A stretch of DNA of 64,000 bases from an uncultured Acidimicrobiia bacterium (GTDB lineage: Bacteria; Acidobacteriota; Terriglobia; Versatilivoradales; Versatilivoraceae), in the NCBI GenBank assembly GCA_963786955.1, contig CAWBAT010000007.1, positions 1-64,000 on the forward strand, in the 5' to 3' direction. Position numbers and translations under genes: made by a program. Under the pieces are notes generated by a model, which was given only the letters and a program-made list of their open reading frames with translations, was not told the origin of the DNA and made no database searches. How positions within the stretch are numbered: position 1 is the first letter of the stretch; the number at the start of each line of letters is the position of its first letter. Positions 40,055-49,823 of this stretch are shown piece after piece.

Positions 40055-40672
40055 ATGAATTGCGCGACTCACCCGGAATTGATCGCAGTGACAAACTGCG
40101 AAGCGTGCTTGAACCCATTTTGCCAGCAATGCCTGATGAAAATTGGGGAGCATACCTATTGCCATTCCTGCTCCAAGCAGAAAGCCGATGAAGGATCCCC
40201 CATGAAAGCGGAAGAAAATTTTTCTCCGAGCGCCGCTTTTTGGCTTGGTTTAATCCCTGGTGTGGGTGCCATCTATAACGGGGAATACTTTAAAGCGTTT
40301 GTCAACGTGATGATCTTTGGGTTCCTTATTTCGCTCGGAAAGAATGAAGGGATCGAAGGATTTAATACCCTGCTTCATCTAATGACAGCAGCCTTCTTTT
40401 TCTATATGCCTCTCGAGGCCTACCATACCGCCAGGCGAAGATTGCTGGAAGCGAGAGGGATTCCTGTTGAACCGGTGAGAAACGAAGCCAGCCAAGGATT
40501 CTGGGCGGGAATCGCGCTGACCGTGATGGGTCTGTTGCTATTTGTGGACCGCTTCGATCCCGGTTTCCTCGGAGCTGCGTTGAAATTTTGGCCACTGGTC
40601 CTGATTGCATTCGGGAGCTATAAGATTTGGGAGCATTTTCAGAGACACGAAACTTCGGAGGAAGGCCAATGA
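40055..40672 (+). CDS. B-box-like zinc finger plus membrane (DUF5668-like) protein
   Basis: CATHP...C..C...C..C.......C..C; LGLIPGVGAIYNG; FWPLVLI. Confidence 0.7.
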   Translation: MNCATHPELIAVTNCEACLNPFCQQCLMKIGEHTYCHSCSKQKADEGSPMKAEENFSPSAAFWLGLIPGVGAIYNGEYFKAFVNVMIFGFLISLGKNEGIEGFNTLLHLMTAAFFFYMPLEAYHTARRRLLEARGIPVEPVRNEASQGFWAGIALTVMGLLLFVDRFDPGFLGAALKFWPLVLIAFGSYKIWEHFQRHETSEEGQ

Positions 40673-42111
40673 GCGCAAGAAAGGGACCGATCGTTGGATC
40701 TGTGATTCTCATCGCGCTGGGGATAATTCTACTGTTGCGCAATTTTATTCCAGATTTTAGACCTCTCGCGGTAATCCTCAGGTATTGGCCGAATTTGTGG
40801 CCATTCTTCGCTAAATATTGGCCAATCATTCTTATTCTTTGGGGAATACAGAAATTATATTGTTATTTTGCCGCATCGGATGATCTGTCGCGGCGTCGCA
40901 AAAGCCTGTTCTCCTCCGGGGATATTGTCTTTTTAATCTTTCTGTTGCTTTTTGGGGCCGCGGTGACCAGCTTCACAAAAGTGCTTAAGAACGGAGCCTG
41001 GCCTTCGTTGGGAGAGGAGTTAAACGTTCATGTCGAAGAAGGCGACTTGGACCTTTTTGGAGCAGGGACAAGGTTTGAATTTGAGGAAGAAGTTTCGCAA
41101 CCCTCTGAGGTCGTCAAAGATACCCGTACGACGTTGAGCATCACGAACAAGTATGGTGGAGTCGAAGTGTCTTCTCATGATCGGCCTGAAATAAGAGTTA
41201 AGCTCAAGAAAAAGATTGCGGCAGAGGATGAGGCTGCGGCGAAAGAGGTTGCATCAGCCCTGAAAATCGTGCTGGTGAAGACCCCCACAGGGTACGCGTT
41301 GTCTTCATCCCGGGACAAGCTGGATAGCGACTCACGCCGGGGATTAAAAACCGACTTCTCTGTTTGGATTCCCAAGTCCGCGTCTGTGGAGGTAAACAAC
41401 AGCTATGGCCCTGTCAATCTCCAAGGAATTTCAGGAGACCAAGAGGTCCGTAATTCCTACGGTCCGGTAGTGATCAAAGACATTGAAGGAGGAATCCAGG
41501 TCGTCAGTAAATATGGGCCCGTAACGGCAGTTAACATTTCCGGGAGTTGCCAGATTGTCAACAAGTACGGGCCAATCGAATTGAACAAGATTGGTGGTAA
41601 GACCGACGTGGAAAATGCTTATGGACCTGTCGCGCTGACCAAAATCAAGGGACCGGTTTCGGTCTCTAACCGTTATAGTGATGTCTCGTGTGGAGAATTG
41701 GAAAGTTCTCTCTCCGTAGATGCCCGTTATGCAAGCGTTCAAGCAACCAATATTAGTGGCGATGTTCAGGTGCAAACTTCTTTCAAGAATGTAAAGCTAG
41801 AAAATGTTCTCGGTGCCATTCGGGTTCAGGAAAAACACGGAGATATTGAAATCAGGAACCAGCAGCCTCCTGTGAAACCGATTTCAATCGAAGCAGAATA
41901 TAGCGAGATTGTGATGACTATCCCAAAAGAGAGTCATTTCGAAATCGACGCCAGTACGAAATATGGAAAGTTTGTCTCCGACTTTGGATCCACGGAAGTT
42001 AAAGAATCGACTTCCGGGACAGTCTCCCGTTTCAGAGGATCTTTCGGAGCAGGCGGACCTACCTTTAACTTGGTGACCTCCTACCACGATATCCATTTGA
42101 GTCCATCTTGA
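40669..42111 (+). CDS. membrane-anchored DUF4097 beta-strand-repeat protein
   Basis: N-terminal TMs with YWP motifs; many ~19-aa N(S/K)YGPV...I.G repeats; ATGA overlap with the upstream gene. Confidence 0.8.
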   Translation: MSARKGPIVGSVILIALGIILLLRNFIPDFRPLAVILRYWPNLWPFFAKYWPIILILWGIQKLYCYFAASDDLSRRRKSLFSSGDIVFLIFLLLFGAAVTSFTKVLKNGAWPSLGEELNVHVEEGDLDLFGAGTRFEFEEEVSQPSEVVKDTRTTLSITNKYGGVEVSSHDRPEIRVKLKKKIAAEDEAAAKEVASALKIVLVKTPTGYALSSSRDKLDSDSRRGLKTDFSVWIPKSASVEVNNSYGPVNLQGISGDQEVRNSYGPVVIKDIEGGIQVVSKYGPVTAVNISGSCQIVNKYGPIELNKIGGKTDVENAYGPVALTKIKGPVSVSNRYSDVSCGELESSLSVDARYASVQATNISGDVQVQTSFKNVKLENVLGAIRVQEKHGDIEIRNQQPPVKPISIEAEYSEIVMTIPKESHFEIDASTKYGKFVSDFGSTEVKESTSGTVSRFRGSFGAGGPTFNLVTSYHDIHLSPS

Positions 42112-42403
42112 ATTCGAGCTAGTTCTGCCGCTTCTCGCAGCGACGACCCAAATCGAGAGAAAAGCAACCTACCTTCTTCTCCCCCCTTAACTCCAATCCA
42201 GGGTCAGAATCAGTTTCCACACTCAGTGTGATCGGTTGAGCACCTGCTTCTCATGTTGACAGCTAGGTTGGCATGAGCTAACTTTCCCCATTGCGTCTGG
42301 CTTACTCTTTTCTCTGTATCCTGCTCATGCTTCAGAGCCTTATGGGATTTCCGAGCGGCAAAAACATTGAACGTAGAGGAAGAAACAAATCGCATCCTCC
42401 ATC

Positions 42404-42979
42404 ATGACCGAATCAGAAGCTATCTCAGGTTGTATCAATGGAGATCCTAAGGCCTTTGAAACCCTTTACAGCCTCCATAAACGCCGGATCTATTCCCTTT
42501 GCCTGCGAATGGTGAATAAGCCTGCCGAGGCGGAGGACCTGGCGCAGGAGGCTTTTATGCAGCTTTTTCGAAAGATCTCCACTTTCCGGGGAGAGGCGGC
42601 TTTCTCAACCTGGTTTCATCGTCTCACGGTAAACATCGTATTGATGCATCTGAGGAAGAAAGGGCTTGATGAGATCTCTTTAGATCAGGAGCCTGGGGAA
42701 GACGAGCAAGAGCACCCAAAGAAAGAATACGGTGGAGAGGACTTGCACCTTAAGGGATCGGTTGACCGCATTGCGCTTGGCAATGCCATCGCCGATTTGC
42801 CCAAAGGCTACCGTACGATTCTGGTCTTGCATGACGTTGAAGGATATGAGCATAATGAAATTGCAGAAATGATTGGCTGCTCGATCGGGAATTCTAAGTC
42901 CCAATTGTTCAAGGCACGATTGAAGTTGCGATCGTTGCTTGCCAAGAAGACCAGCAAATCTGAAAAAAAAATCACATAA
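42404..42979 (+). CDS. ECF sigma factor (second)
   Basis: AEDLAQEAF, FRGEAAFSTW, LHDVEGYEHNEIA...GNSKSQL.KAR. Confidence 0.95.
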   Translation: MTESEAISGCINGDPKAFETLYSLHKRRIYSLCLRMVNKPAEAEDLAQEAFMQLFRKISTFRGEAAFSTWFHRLTVNIVLMHLRKKGLDEISLDQEPGEDEQEHPKKEYGGEDLHLKGSVDRIALGNAIADLPKGYRTILVLHDVEGYEHNEIAEMIGCSIGNSKSQLFKARLKLRSLLAKKTSKSEKKIT

Positions 42980-43070
42980 GGCAGCTTTTTCACTGCTTTT
43001 GGAATCTAACTGTCCGAATCTAAATTGGATGCTGTTGGTTTCAGGTCTAATGAGAAGGGCGTAACACAAC

Positions 43071-43745
43071 ATGGAATGCAGGGATATTCAATTTAGGATT
43101 TCTGAATGGGTGGACGGGGAACTGAAAGAGGCCGAGATCACTGAAGTTGAAAGACATGTGAGACTTTGTCAGTCCTGCAGTCAGATCTACGACGACTTCA
43201 GAATCATCAGAGAATCATCCCTTAATTTGCCTGCTTTTGAGCCTTCTGATGTAGTCTGGTCTAACATCCGTGCTCAGTTGGCATTTGAGGGAATTTCAGA
43301 AGCAAAGCCGGAAAGCAGCCTCTGGGGAAAATTGTTCTCTCGACAATTCATCCCGAGACTAGCCCCTGCCTATGGGACTGCCATTTTCTTGCTGACAATA
43401 ATCCTATTCGGGTCTACGATTTACATTTATAAGACTAGAGAATTGGGCACGGTTGCAGAGACGCACGAAGTTGAGGCGATCCGTCGGCTCCAGGATGCGG
43501 AACAGCATTATCGAAAAGCAATTCAGGCACTTGATGAGGCATCTAGGCAGAAAATTCAGACCGTAGAACCTCGAATGGCCGAGATCCTCAATGATAACCT
43601 GGCAACCATCGATTATTATGTGCAAGAATGCCGGGATGCTGCGCAAAAAAGTCCGGGTAATCCGCTCATTCAAAAATATTTGTTGGCTGCTTATCAAAAG
43701 AAGGCAGAACTGCTTCAGTCCATTGTGAATTCAGATGTCCTTTGA
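43071..43745 (+). CDS. zf-HC2 anti-sigma factor (second)
   Basis: HVRLCQSC, one TM segment, helical C-terminus. Confidence 0.85.
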   Translation: MECRDIQFRISEWVDGELKEAEITEVERHVRLCQSCSQIYDDFRIIRESSLNLPAFEPSDVVWSNIRAQLAFEGISEAKPESSLWGKLFSRQFIPRLAPAYGTAIFLLTIILFGSTIYIYKTRELGTVAETHEVEAIRRLQDAEQHYRKAIQALDEASRQKIQTVEPRMAEILNDNLATIDYYVQECRDAAQKSPGNPLIQKYLLAAYQKKAELLQSIVNSDVL

Positions 43746-44643
43746 TCTCATTAGAGACCCGATTCTATCGCACCGGGCGAATGCCATGGGTATTCAGTCG
43801 CTCATCATGAATTTGCTTAGGAGCTCGCTCTTACTTGCGCTATCGGCTCCATTCTTGGTGGCCGGTGAACGCTTTGAGAAGGTTTTCCCGGTCACAAAGA
43901 ATCCTTGTGTGATGATCACGAACTATACGGGGGTCGTGACCGTAAAAGGGTGGCAGCGTCAGGAAGTCAAAGTCATTGCAACCAACTTTACCAAGAATGT
44001 AGAAATCGACACTGAGTTGATCGGGGGTAAGGTCAAAATCGCGACCCATGTCCTCGACAAGCTGGCAACAACCGAAAAAGCAAAGGTGGATTATCAAATC
44101 CTTGTCCCTGAAGATTCCAATTTAGATATTCAGACTAACATGGGGACCCTCGAGGTCGAGAATATTCGGGGGAAAATTGAGATTGATGCCGTTGAAGCAG
44201 CGGTTATAGTCCATGGAGTCTCCGGGTATCTCCAAGCCCGTTCGCTGGGCAGTAAACTCACCATTTCCAATGCCAGCGGGATCATCCAGACGAATACCGT
44301 CAGCGGAGATATTTTGTTTGTTCACCTTCAGAGTAATAGCGTGAATGCGAATTCGACCCTGGGCAATATTTCTTATGATGGGGACTTTGTCAGTCGCGGG
44401 AAATATGCGTTTACGACGAATGAAGGTGCGATCTTGATCCAGTGTGCAGAACAGGCCTCGGTAGAATGGGACGCGAAGACCGTTAAGGGTGTGATCGAAA
44501 GTGATCTCCCGATCACTTCCAAGAAACACTCCTCTGTTTCGCGAGATAACGGACGGCAGAGTCTCCTGGGCACTTTAAACCGGGGGGAAGCCACCGTTCA
44601 ACTTTCGACGTTTAGCGGTAAGATCAAGATCATTCGCAAGTAA
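43735..44643 (+). CDS. exported DUF4097 family protein
   Basis: Signal-like segment; T.SGDI-type beta repeats; terminal LSTFSGKIKI; true start may be slightly downstream. Confidence 0.8.
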   Translation: MSFDLIRDPILSHRANAMGIQSLIMNLLRSSLLLALSAPFLVAGERFEKVFPVTKNPCVMITNYTGVVTVKGWQRQEVKVIATNFTKNVEIDTELIGGKVKIATHVLDKLATTEKAKVDYQILVPEDSNLDIQTNMGTLEVENIRGKIEIDAVEAAVIVHGVSGYLQARSLGSKLTISNASGIIQTNTVSGDILFVHLQSNSVNANSTLGNISYDGDFVSRGKYAFTTNEGAILIQCAEQASVEWDAKTVKGVIESDLPITSKKHSSVSRDNGRQSLLGTLNRGEATVQLSTFSGKIKIIRK

Positions 44644-44688
44644 GAATTGAAATGGCTTGAAGAGAGAATGAACGACCCGATTTTCTGG

Positions 44689-44716
44689 AGCCCAAGGATT
44701 CTTGGGCTTTTTTTTT
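44689..44716 (+). terminator. intrinsic terminator
   Basis: AGCCCAAG-gatt-CTTGGGCT followed by a T run. Confidence 0.85.
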
Positions 44717-44735
44717 GTCGTCGAGAAATCATTCC

Positions 44736-45284
44736 ATGATAGAAAAGAATTTGATCTTTCTCGTAGGGTTTATGGGTGCAGGGAAATCGACCATAGGCCT
44801 TCGGCTAGCCCGCGATTTGAAGTGGAATTTTATCGATTTAGACCAGGAAATTGAAAAAGGGGAGGGGCGGCCAATCAGGCAGATTTTCTCAGAAAAGGGA
44901 GAGAGTTACTTCCGTCAGCTTGAGACCAAAGTACTCCAAGGCTTGAGAACGAGAGGACCGTCTGTGATTGCCTTGGGAGGGGGGGCCTTCATTCAAGATA
45001 CCAACCGTCTCTTCATTCATGAACTTGGCTATTCGGTATTCTTGGATTGTGCACTGGAGGTCATCGTCAAACGCTGCCCCCAAGACGGGACCCGGCCCCT
45101 ATTGCATTCGTCGGGCGGGCTTGAAGCTCTTTACACGTCGCGTTTACCCTACTATCAGAAAAGTGACTTTCGAGTGGATGTCTCAAACCAGAGTCCTGAG
45201 CAAATTACAAAAACTATTCTGGATCATTTGAGCGCAGGGAGAATTGACGATGCTCACAATAGTAATCGCCCGGTCGACATTTAG
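44736..45284 (+). CDS. aroK: shikimate kinase
   Basis: LVGFMGAGKST, DLD, GESYFRQLE, ALGGG, RPLL. Confidence 0.95.
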   Translation: MIEKNLIFLVGFMGAGKSTIGLRLARDLKWNFIDLDQEIEKGEGRPIRQIFSEKGESYFRQLETKVLQGLRTRGPSVIALGGGAFIQDTNRLFIHELGYSVFLDCALEVIVKRCPQDGTRPLLHSSGGLEALYTSRLPYYQKSDFRVDVSNQSPEQITKTILDHLSAGRIDDAHNSNRPVDI

Positions 45285-45385
45285 CGCTAAGTTGTACAAA
45301 TTTGCGGTAATTGCTGTAGCCGGGGACGTTGACCCCGGCCAGCCCCAGCGGGGCCAGCTACAACACGGACTTCTGCAACTTAGTA
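45285..45385. mobile_element. MITE-like element (family C) containing a GTAG REP pair
   Basis: cgCTAAGTTGtAcAA ... TTcTgCAACTTAGta ends; inside are GTAGCCGGGG-acgttga-CCCCGGC and GCCCC-agc-GGGGCcagCTAC. Confidence 0.65.
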
Positions 45386-45399
45386 TCAGTTCAAGGACT

Positions 45400-46137
45400 A
45401 TGTCCTGGTTGCGGGCTGGGGCGGTCCGATTCAGCCTAGTGCTGTTGATGCTCCACGGTTCCATCAGCTATTCCCAAACAAACAAAGCGAATACTAATTT
45501 GGGTGTTTCCAGTTTCGGGAACGAAAACGGCTCCTTCCGAATCGTGTTTGGAGGGGAACAAATCGGGGAGGAGAAATTCCAAATAACGGAAAGCCCCACA
45601 GGCTTCAAGGCGACGGCTGAAGTCCGACTGACCATTGACCGGGAAAAGGAAAAAGCGGTGTTCGTCTTGAAACCGATCCTGACTTTGAGCAAGTCCTTTG
45701 AACCTTCCGCCTATCAGGTGACTCAGGAAGACGGAGTCATCAAACGGACCGTGCGCGTGATTTTCAAGCCCGACAAAAGCGAGCGAATCTATGAGGCGGG
45801 GAATGAACACGACAGCCGAGAAATCGCGTTAAAGAAAGACGTCCTCATTCTTGATGATCATGCGTTCCACCACTATATCCTTTTGGCAAGACGCTTTGAT
45901 TATGTGAAAGGGGGAGTCCAGGAATTCTCCGCCTTTGTCCCTCAGCAGTTTTTGGCAGGAGGGATCAGTATTTCAGACAAAGGAAAAGCGGTCGTCAAAA
46001 TCGGCGAGAAGGATGTCGTTCTGCAGCATCTCCTAGTCGACACCGGCGAGCTGCAGATCAGTTTGTGGCTTGATGAGAGACATGAGCTCAAGAAGCTTTC
46101 CGTTCCCAAATCAAATGTAGAGGTCTTCAGGGAATAA
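45400..46137 (+). CDS. hypothetical exported beta-rich protein
   Basis: Signal peptide after the ATG at 45400 (AAGGA RBS); the upstream ORF extension runs through the MITE. Confidence 0.65.
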   Translation: MSWLRAGAVRFSLVLLMLHGSISYSQTNKANTNLGVSSFGNENGSFRIVFGGEQIGEEKFQITESPTGFKATAEVRLTIDREKEKAVFVLKPILTLSKSFEPSAYQVTQEDGVIKRTVRVIFKPDKSERIYEAGNEHDSREIALKKDVLILDDHAFHHYILLARRFDYVKGGVQEFSAFVPQQFLAGGISISDKGKAVVKIGEKDVVLQHLLVDTGELQISLWLDERHELKKLSVPKSNVEVFRE

Positions 46138-46251
46138 GGCCCTGTTGCCATTTCTCTTGCCTGGTGAGGTTTTCTCCAATTCCTTTTGTGTCATTACCGC
46201 TGCATGAATCGGTTATCCGGAATGGTTGCTACGTTGCGCTGAAAAGGCTTT

Positions 46252-47181
46252 ATGTTAAGAGTAAGACACAATTTGACGTTTCGAGGAACGGTCTTGCTTT
46301 CCGTCTTCCTCGGGGTATGCCTGTTAGCCGTGCCGTTGAGAGCGCAAGTGTCAGGAGCGGGGAACGAAGTGGATGGAGTTCTGGCTTTTCGCCATGTCGA
46401 AAAGTTAGTCGGTTTTGGGCCACGCCCTCCGGGCTCAGCGGGGAGCCAGAAAACTCAAGATTACATCATTGCTTACTTGCGAAAACTCAATTTAAAAGTG
46501 GAAACCCAGCCGTTCCTCGCCAACACCCCTAACGGGGCTATTGGGATGAAGAACATTGTGGCGAGTCTTCCGGGGGAAAGAGAGACAGTGATCTTATTGG
46601 GTTCACACTATGACACCAAGCCGATGGTGAACGGGATATTTGTCGGAGCAAACGATGGGGGCTCCAGTACCGGACTTTTGTTGGAGCTTGCAAGAGTTCT
46701 GTCGCGTCGGAAGCCACGATATACGTTGCAATTTGTTTTCTTCGATGGGGAGGAGGCACAGAGACAATGGACAGAGACCGACTCGCTTTACGGCAGCCGC
46801 TACTTTGTGGCTCAGCTTTCTCGCGAGGCCAAACAAGGCACCATCAAAGCGATGATCCTTCTGGACATGATCGGAGACAAGGACCTCGTCCTCGAGAACG
46901 AGCTGTCTTCTACATCCAGCCTGATGGAGATGGTTCGAAAATCGGGGCGGGAGCTCGGTTATTCTAAGCACCTGGCAAAGGCTCCCAATGAGATCGTCGA
47001 TGACCATATTCCGTTTCTTCAGGTGGGCATCCCGGCTGTCGATTTGATCGATTACGATTATGGCTTCAACAATATCTACTGGCACACCCCGAATGATACT
47101 TTGGACAAGATCAGCCCTCAGAGTCTGGGAATCGTAGGGGCCATTGTGTTGAAAACCGTTGAAAAGCTAAATAAGGAATGA
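46252..47181 (+). CDS. M28 family peptidase (glutaminyl-cyclase-like), exported
   Basis: SHYDT, GANDGGS, FFDGEE, LLDMIG, DDHIPF, YWHT. Confidence 0.9.
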   Translation: MLRVRHNLTFRGTVLLSVFLGVCLLAVPLRAQVSGAGNEVDGVLAFRHVEKLVGFGPRPPGSAGSQKTQDYIIAYLRKLNLKVETQPFLANTPNGAIGMKNIVASLPGERETVILLGSHYDTKPMVNGIFVGANDGGSSTGLLLELARVLSRRKPRYTLQFVFFDGEEAQRQWTETDSLYGSRYFVAQLSREAKQGTIKAMILLDMIGDKDLVLENELSSTSSLMEMVRKSGRELGYSKHLAKAPNEIVDDHIPFLQVGIPAVDLIDYDYGFNNIYWHTPNDTLDKISPQSLGIVGAIVLKTVEKLNKE

Positions 47182-47313
47182 GCCGATATAGCCTGGGCCA
47201 ATGGCCCCGGAGACCTGCTGTGGATGGGGCCACGGTCCTATAAGCGCTAACCTAAGCTTGGATGGTCGCTTCATTCCGGGATCGTCGGTTGAGCAGATGA
47301 CTCCCAGAATTGG

Positions 47314-47592
47314 GAAACGCCAAGAACGCCAAGGTTGCCAAGAGTAGGAGCCTTCATGTCCGCCGACGAAGTAGCTAAGGATATGGTTGACGCTGCACTC
47401 AAGGTGCATCGCGCCTTGGGGCCCGGGCTGCTGGAATCGGCCAATCAGGCTGTTCTGGCACACGAGCTCCAAAGACGTGGCCACCGGGTCGAATTCCAAG
47501 TCGCTGTTCGTAGAACTGCGGTTAGGATAGAATCAGACGGCTGACCGAGGCGTATCCGCTTTTCTTGGCGTGCTTGGTGCTCTTGGCGTTTC
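47314..47592. mobile_element. inverted-repeat-bounded module around a GxxExxY relic
   Basis: GAAACGCCAAGAACGCCAAGGTTGCCAAGA (47314-43) versus the reverse complement of 47563-92: 25/30 identical, each built of three 9-bp units. Confidence 0.65.
47356..47544 (+). pseudogene. truncated GxxExxY (PD-(D/E)XK-like) protein
   Basis: VDAALKVHRALGPGLLESAN..LAHEL..RG; conserved Y replaced by N; C-terminal half absent; AGGAG RBS. Confidence 0.75.
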
Positions 47593-47695
47593 GTTCTTCC
47601 GGCGGCAGGCGAGGAAAGCCTTATAAAGTTAGCGCTCAAGGGCCGCTGGCCCCGGAAGTAGACATGCAGAACTCACCAAGCAACCATGCCCCTGC

Positions 47696-48268
47696 TTATT
47701 TAATGAAATCGAGAAACTCATTTCTCGTTTTGCTATCCGTCTTGAAACGGCCTAGCATGCAGCTGGTAATGGTTCGGCTATTCTGTTTCTGAACTCCCCG
47801 CATCATCATACATAAATGGAAGGCTTCGATGACGACCCCGACCCCCTTGGGCTCCAAATGCCTCTCTATGGCATAGGCAATCTGGGTGGTGAGCCTCTCC
47901 TGCACTTGTAATCGTCGACTGAAAACATCCACAATTCTGGGCATTTTGCTCAGCCCAATAATCTTGTTTTGTGGTAAGTAGGCGATGTGACATTTTCCAT
48001 AAAAAGGCAGAATATGATGTTCGCAAAGGCTATAGACTTCAATGTCTTTGACAATCACCATTTCATCATACTCAGCCTCGTACACGGCTCCATTGATAAT
48101 CTTGTCGATGTCTAATTTGTAGCCGCGCGTCAAAAATCTTAAACTGGCTTCAACCCGCTCGGGAGTTCGTTTCAACCCTTCACGAAAGGGGTCCTCACCA
48201 AGATCTACCAGAAGCTTTTCAATCCAGCTTGCCACGGATCCACTAGTCTGAAGGGTCTTATCGCTCAT
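47696..48268 (-). CDS. folE: GTP cyclohydrolase I
   Basis: [42 protein letters not shown]. Confidence 0.97.
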   Translation of the reverse strand: MSDKTLQTSGSVASWIEKLLVDLGEDPFREGLKRTPERVEASLRFLTRGYKLDIDKIINGAVYEAEYDEMVIVKDIEVYSLCEHHILPFYGKCHIAYLPQNKIIGLSKMPRIVDVFSRRLQVQERLTTQIAYAIERHLEPKGVGVVIEAFHLCMMMRGVQKQNSRTITSCMLGRFKTDSKTRNEFLDFIK

Positions 48269-48301
48269 GGTCTTGTGTGTTTCTCCTCTAGGGTGTTCTT
48301 T

Positions 48302-49546
48302 TCAAATTAATGGTTCGTCCCAATTTTCCAAGCTTAACTTAAGTGCTGCCATGAATTGGTCGGCCACGGCTCCATCAATGAGACGATGATCAAAGGTGAG
48401 CGTGAGATACACCATCGATCGAATAGCGACCGCGTCGTGAATGACAACGGGCCTCTTGGCGATGGCTCCAATGCAGAGAATTGCGACTTGGGGTTGATTG
48501 ATGATGGGTGTGCCCAGCAAACTCCCAAAAACGCCAGGGTTGGTAATCGTGAAGGTTCCATTTTGGACATCCTCGGGAGACAACTTCTTCTGCCGGGCCC
48601 TTTCCGCTAAGATTACGGCAGCTCGAGCGATACCTAAGAAGCTGCGTTCATCAGCGTTCTTAATGACAGGAACAATCAATCCCCAATCCAGAGCCACAGC
48701 GACGCCGATATTGATGGCTTTCTTGTAATGAATTGAGGTCTCGACAAGGGACGCGTTCAAAGAAGGAAATCCCTTCAAAGCGTGCGCGATCGCTTTGATA
48801 AAAAAGGGCATGTAAGAAAGCTTGATCCCTTCGCGGTCAAGAAATTCCTTGGCAAATTGATTCTTGATTTGCACAATCCGGGTCAAGTCGACCTCAAAGA
48901 CCGTCGTCACGTGAGCCGAAATTCGTCGACTGGCAACCATGTGCTCTGCGATGCTTTTCCGCATCGCCGTCATGGGAACAATTTCAACAGGTACTGCAGT
49001 TGCCCGGGGGGATCCCTCAACCGGGGGCCTAAAAGCTTCGCCCTGCCTCCTTGAGAAGTCTTCAGGGAGCGGCTTTTGTGAGAGATGCGACAGAATGTCT
49101 TTTTTAGTGATCCGTCCTCCCAATCCAGTTCCTTCAATCCGCGACAAGTCTACACTCTCCTCTTTGGCAATACGTCTTACCAAAGGTGAGGAGCGGACCA
49201 TCCGTTCAAGGGTCTCCTTGGCGGCTTCACCATCCTTCTGGGTTGAAGAAGTCTGGCTTGCTTCCGGCTGAGGAGTCATTACCGGCTCTGTGACCTCGGT
49301 CGTGATTGCTGCTTCGCTGATGACAGCCACTACCGTATTAATCTGCACCGTTTCACCTTCTTGATGCCGAATCTGTGACACGACTCCAGTTGCTGGAGAC
49401 GGGATTTCGGAGTCTACTTTATCCGTTGAAATTTCAAAGAGGGGCTCATCCCTTAGGATAGGGTCGCCAACCTTCTTAAGCCACTTTGTAATTGTTCCTT
49501 CGACAATACTTTCACCCATCTGGGGCATGATGACGTTTGTAGACAT
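48302..49546 (-). CDS. 2-oxoacid dehydrogenase E2 (dihydrolipoamide acyltransferase), one lipoyl domain
   Basis: STDKV lipoyl lysine, SSPLVRRIA binding domain, DHRLIDG catalytic motif. Confidence 0.92.
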   Translation of the reverse strand: MSTNVIMPQMGESIVEGTITKWLKKVGDPILRDEPLFEISTDKVDSEIPSPATGVVSQIRHQEGETVQINTVVAVISEAAITTEVTEPVMTPQPEASQTSSTQKDGEAAKETLERMVRSSPLVRRIAKEESVDLSRIEGTGLGGRITKKDILSHLSQKPLPEDFSRRQGEAFRPPVEGSPRATAVPVEIVPMTAMRKSIAEHMVASRRISAHVTTVFEVDLTRIVQIKNQFAKEFLDREGIKLSYMPFFIKAIAHALKGFPSLNASLVETSIHYKKAINIGVAVALDWGLIVPVIKNADERSFLGIARAAVILAERARQKKLSPEDVQNGTFTITNPGVFGSLLGTPIINQPQVAILCIGAIAKRPVVIHDAVAIRSMVYLTLTFDHRLIDGAVADQFMAALKLSLENWDEPLI

Positions 49547-49823
49547 TCGGCTTTCCTTGACTGACCGAGATCGTTTGTTGAAACAGCTAGGGGATGAGCC
49601 TCTCGCGAGATATCAATTCTGAGCCCTAGAACTCAGGCGCTGCCTTATCTGCGCCGCAAGCCACTATAACACACCAAATCGAGCTGTTCACCCCTCATGG
49701 AAGTCCAGTGATGAGCGGGTAGTTCTTGGAACAGCGGGACAAGCGACAGAAATTCGGATGCAGTAATACTCTAAGGATCCAACTCCATGATAGATCCGAC
49801 CAGCTCGGGTTTATATCTTCGGG

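Noticed and set aside
45244-45399. N-terminal extension of the ORF at 45244
   Set aside because: It overlaps aroK and runs through the MITE; the signal peptide begins at the ATG at 45400
49547-49823. Possible ncRNA or riboswitch between E1 beta and E2
   Set aside because: Only short hairpins and no motif I can recognise; an Rfam scan would be needed
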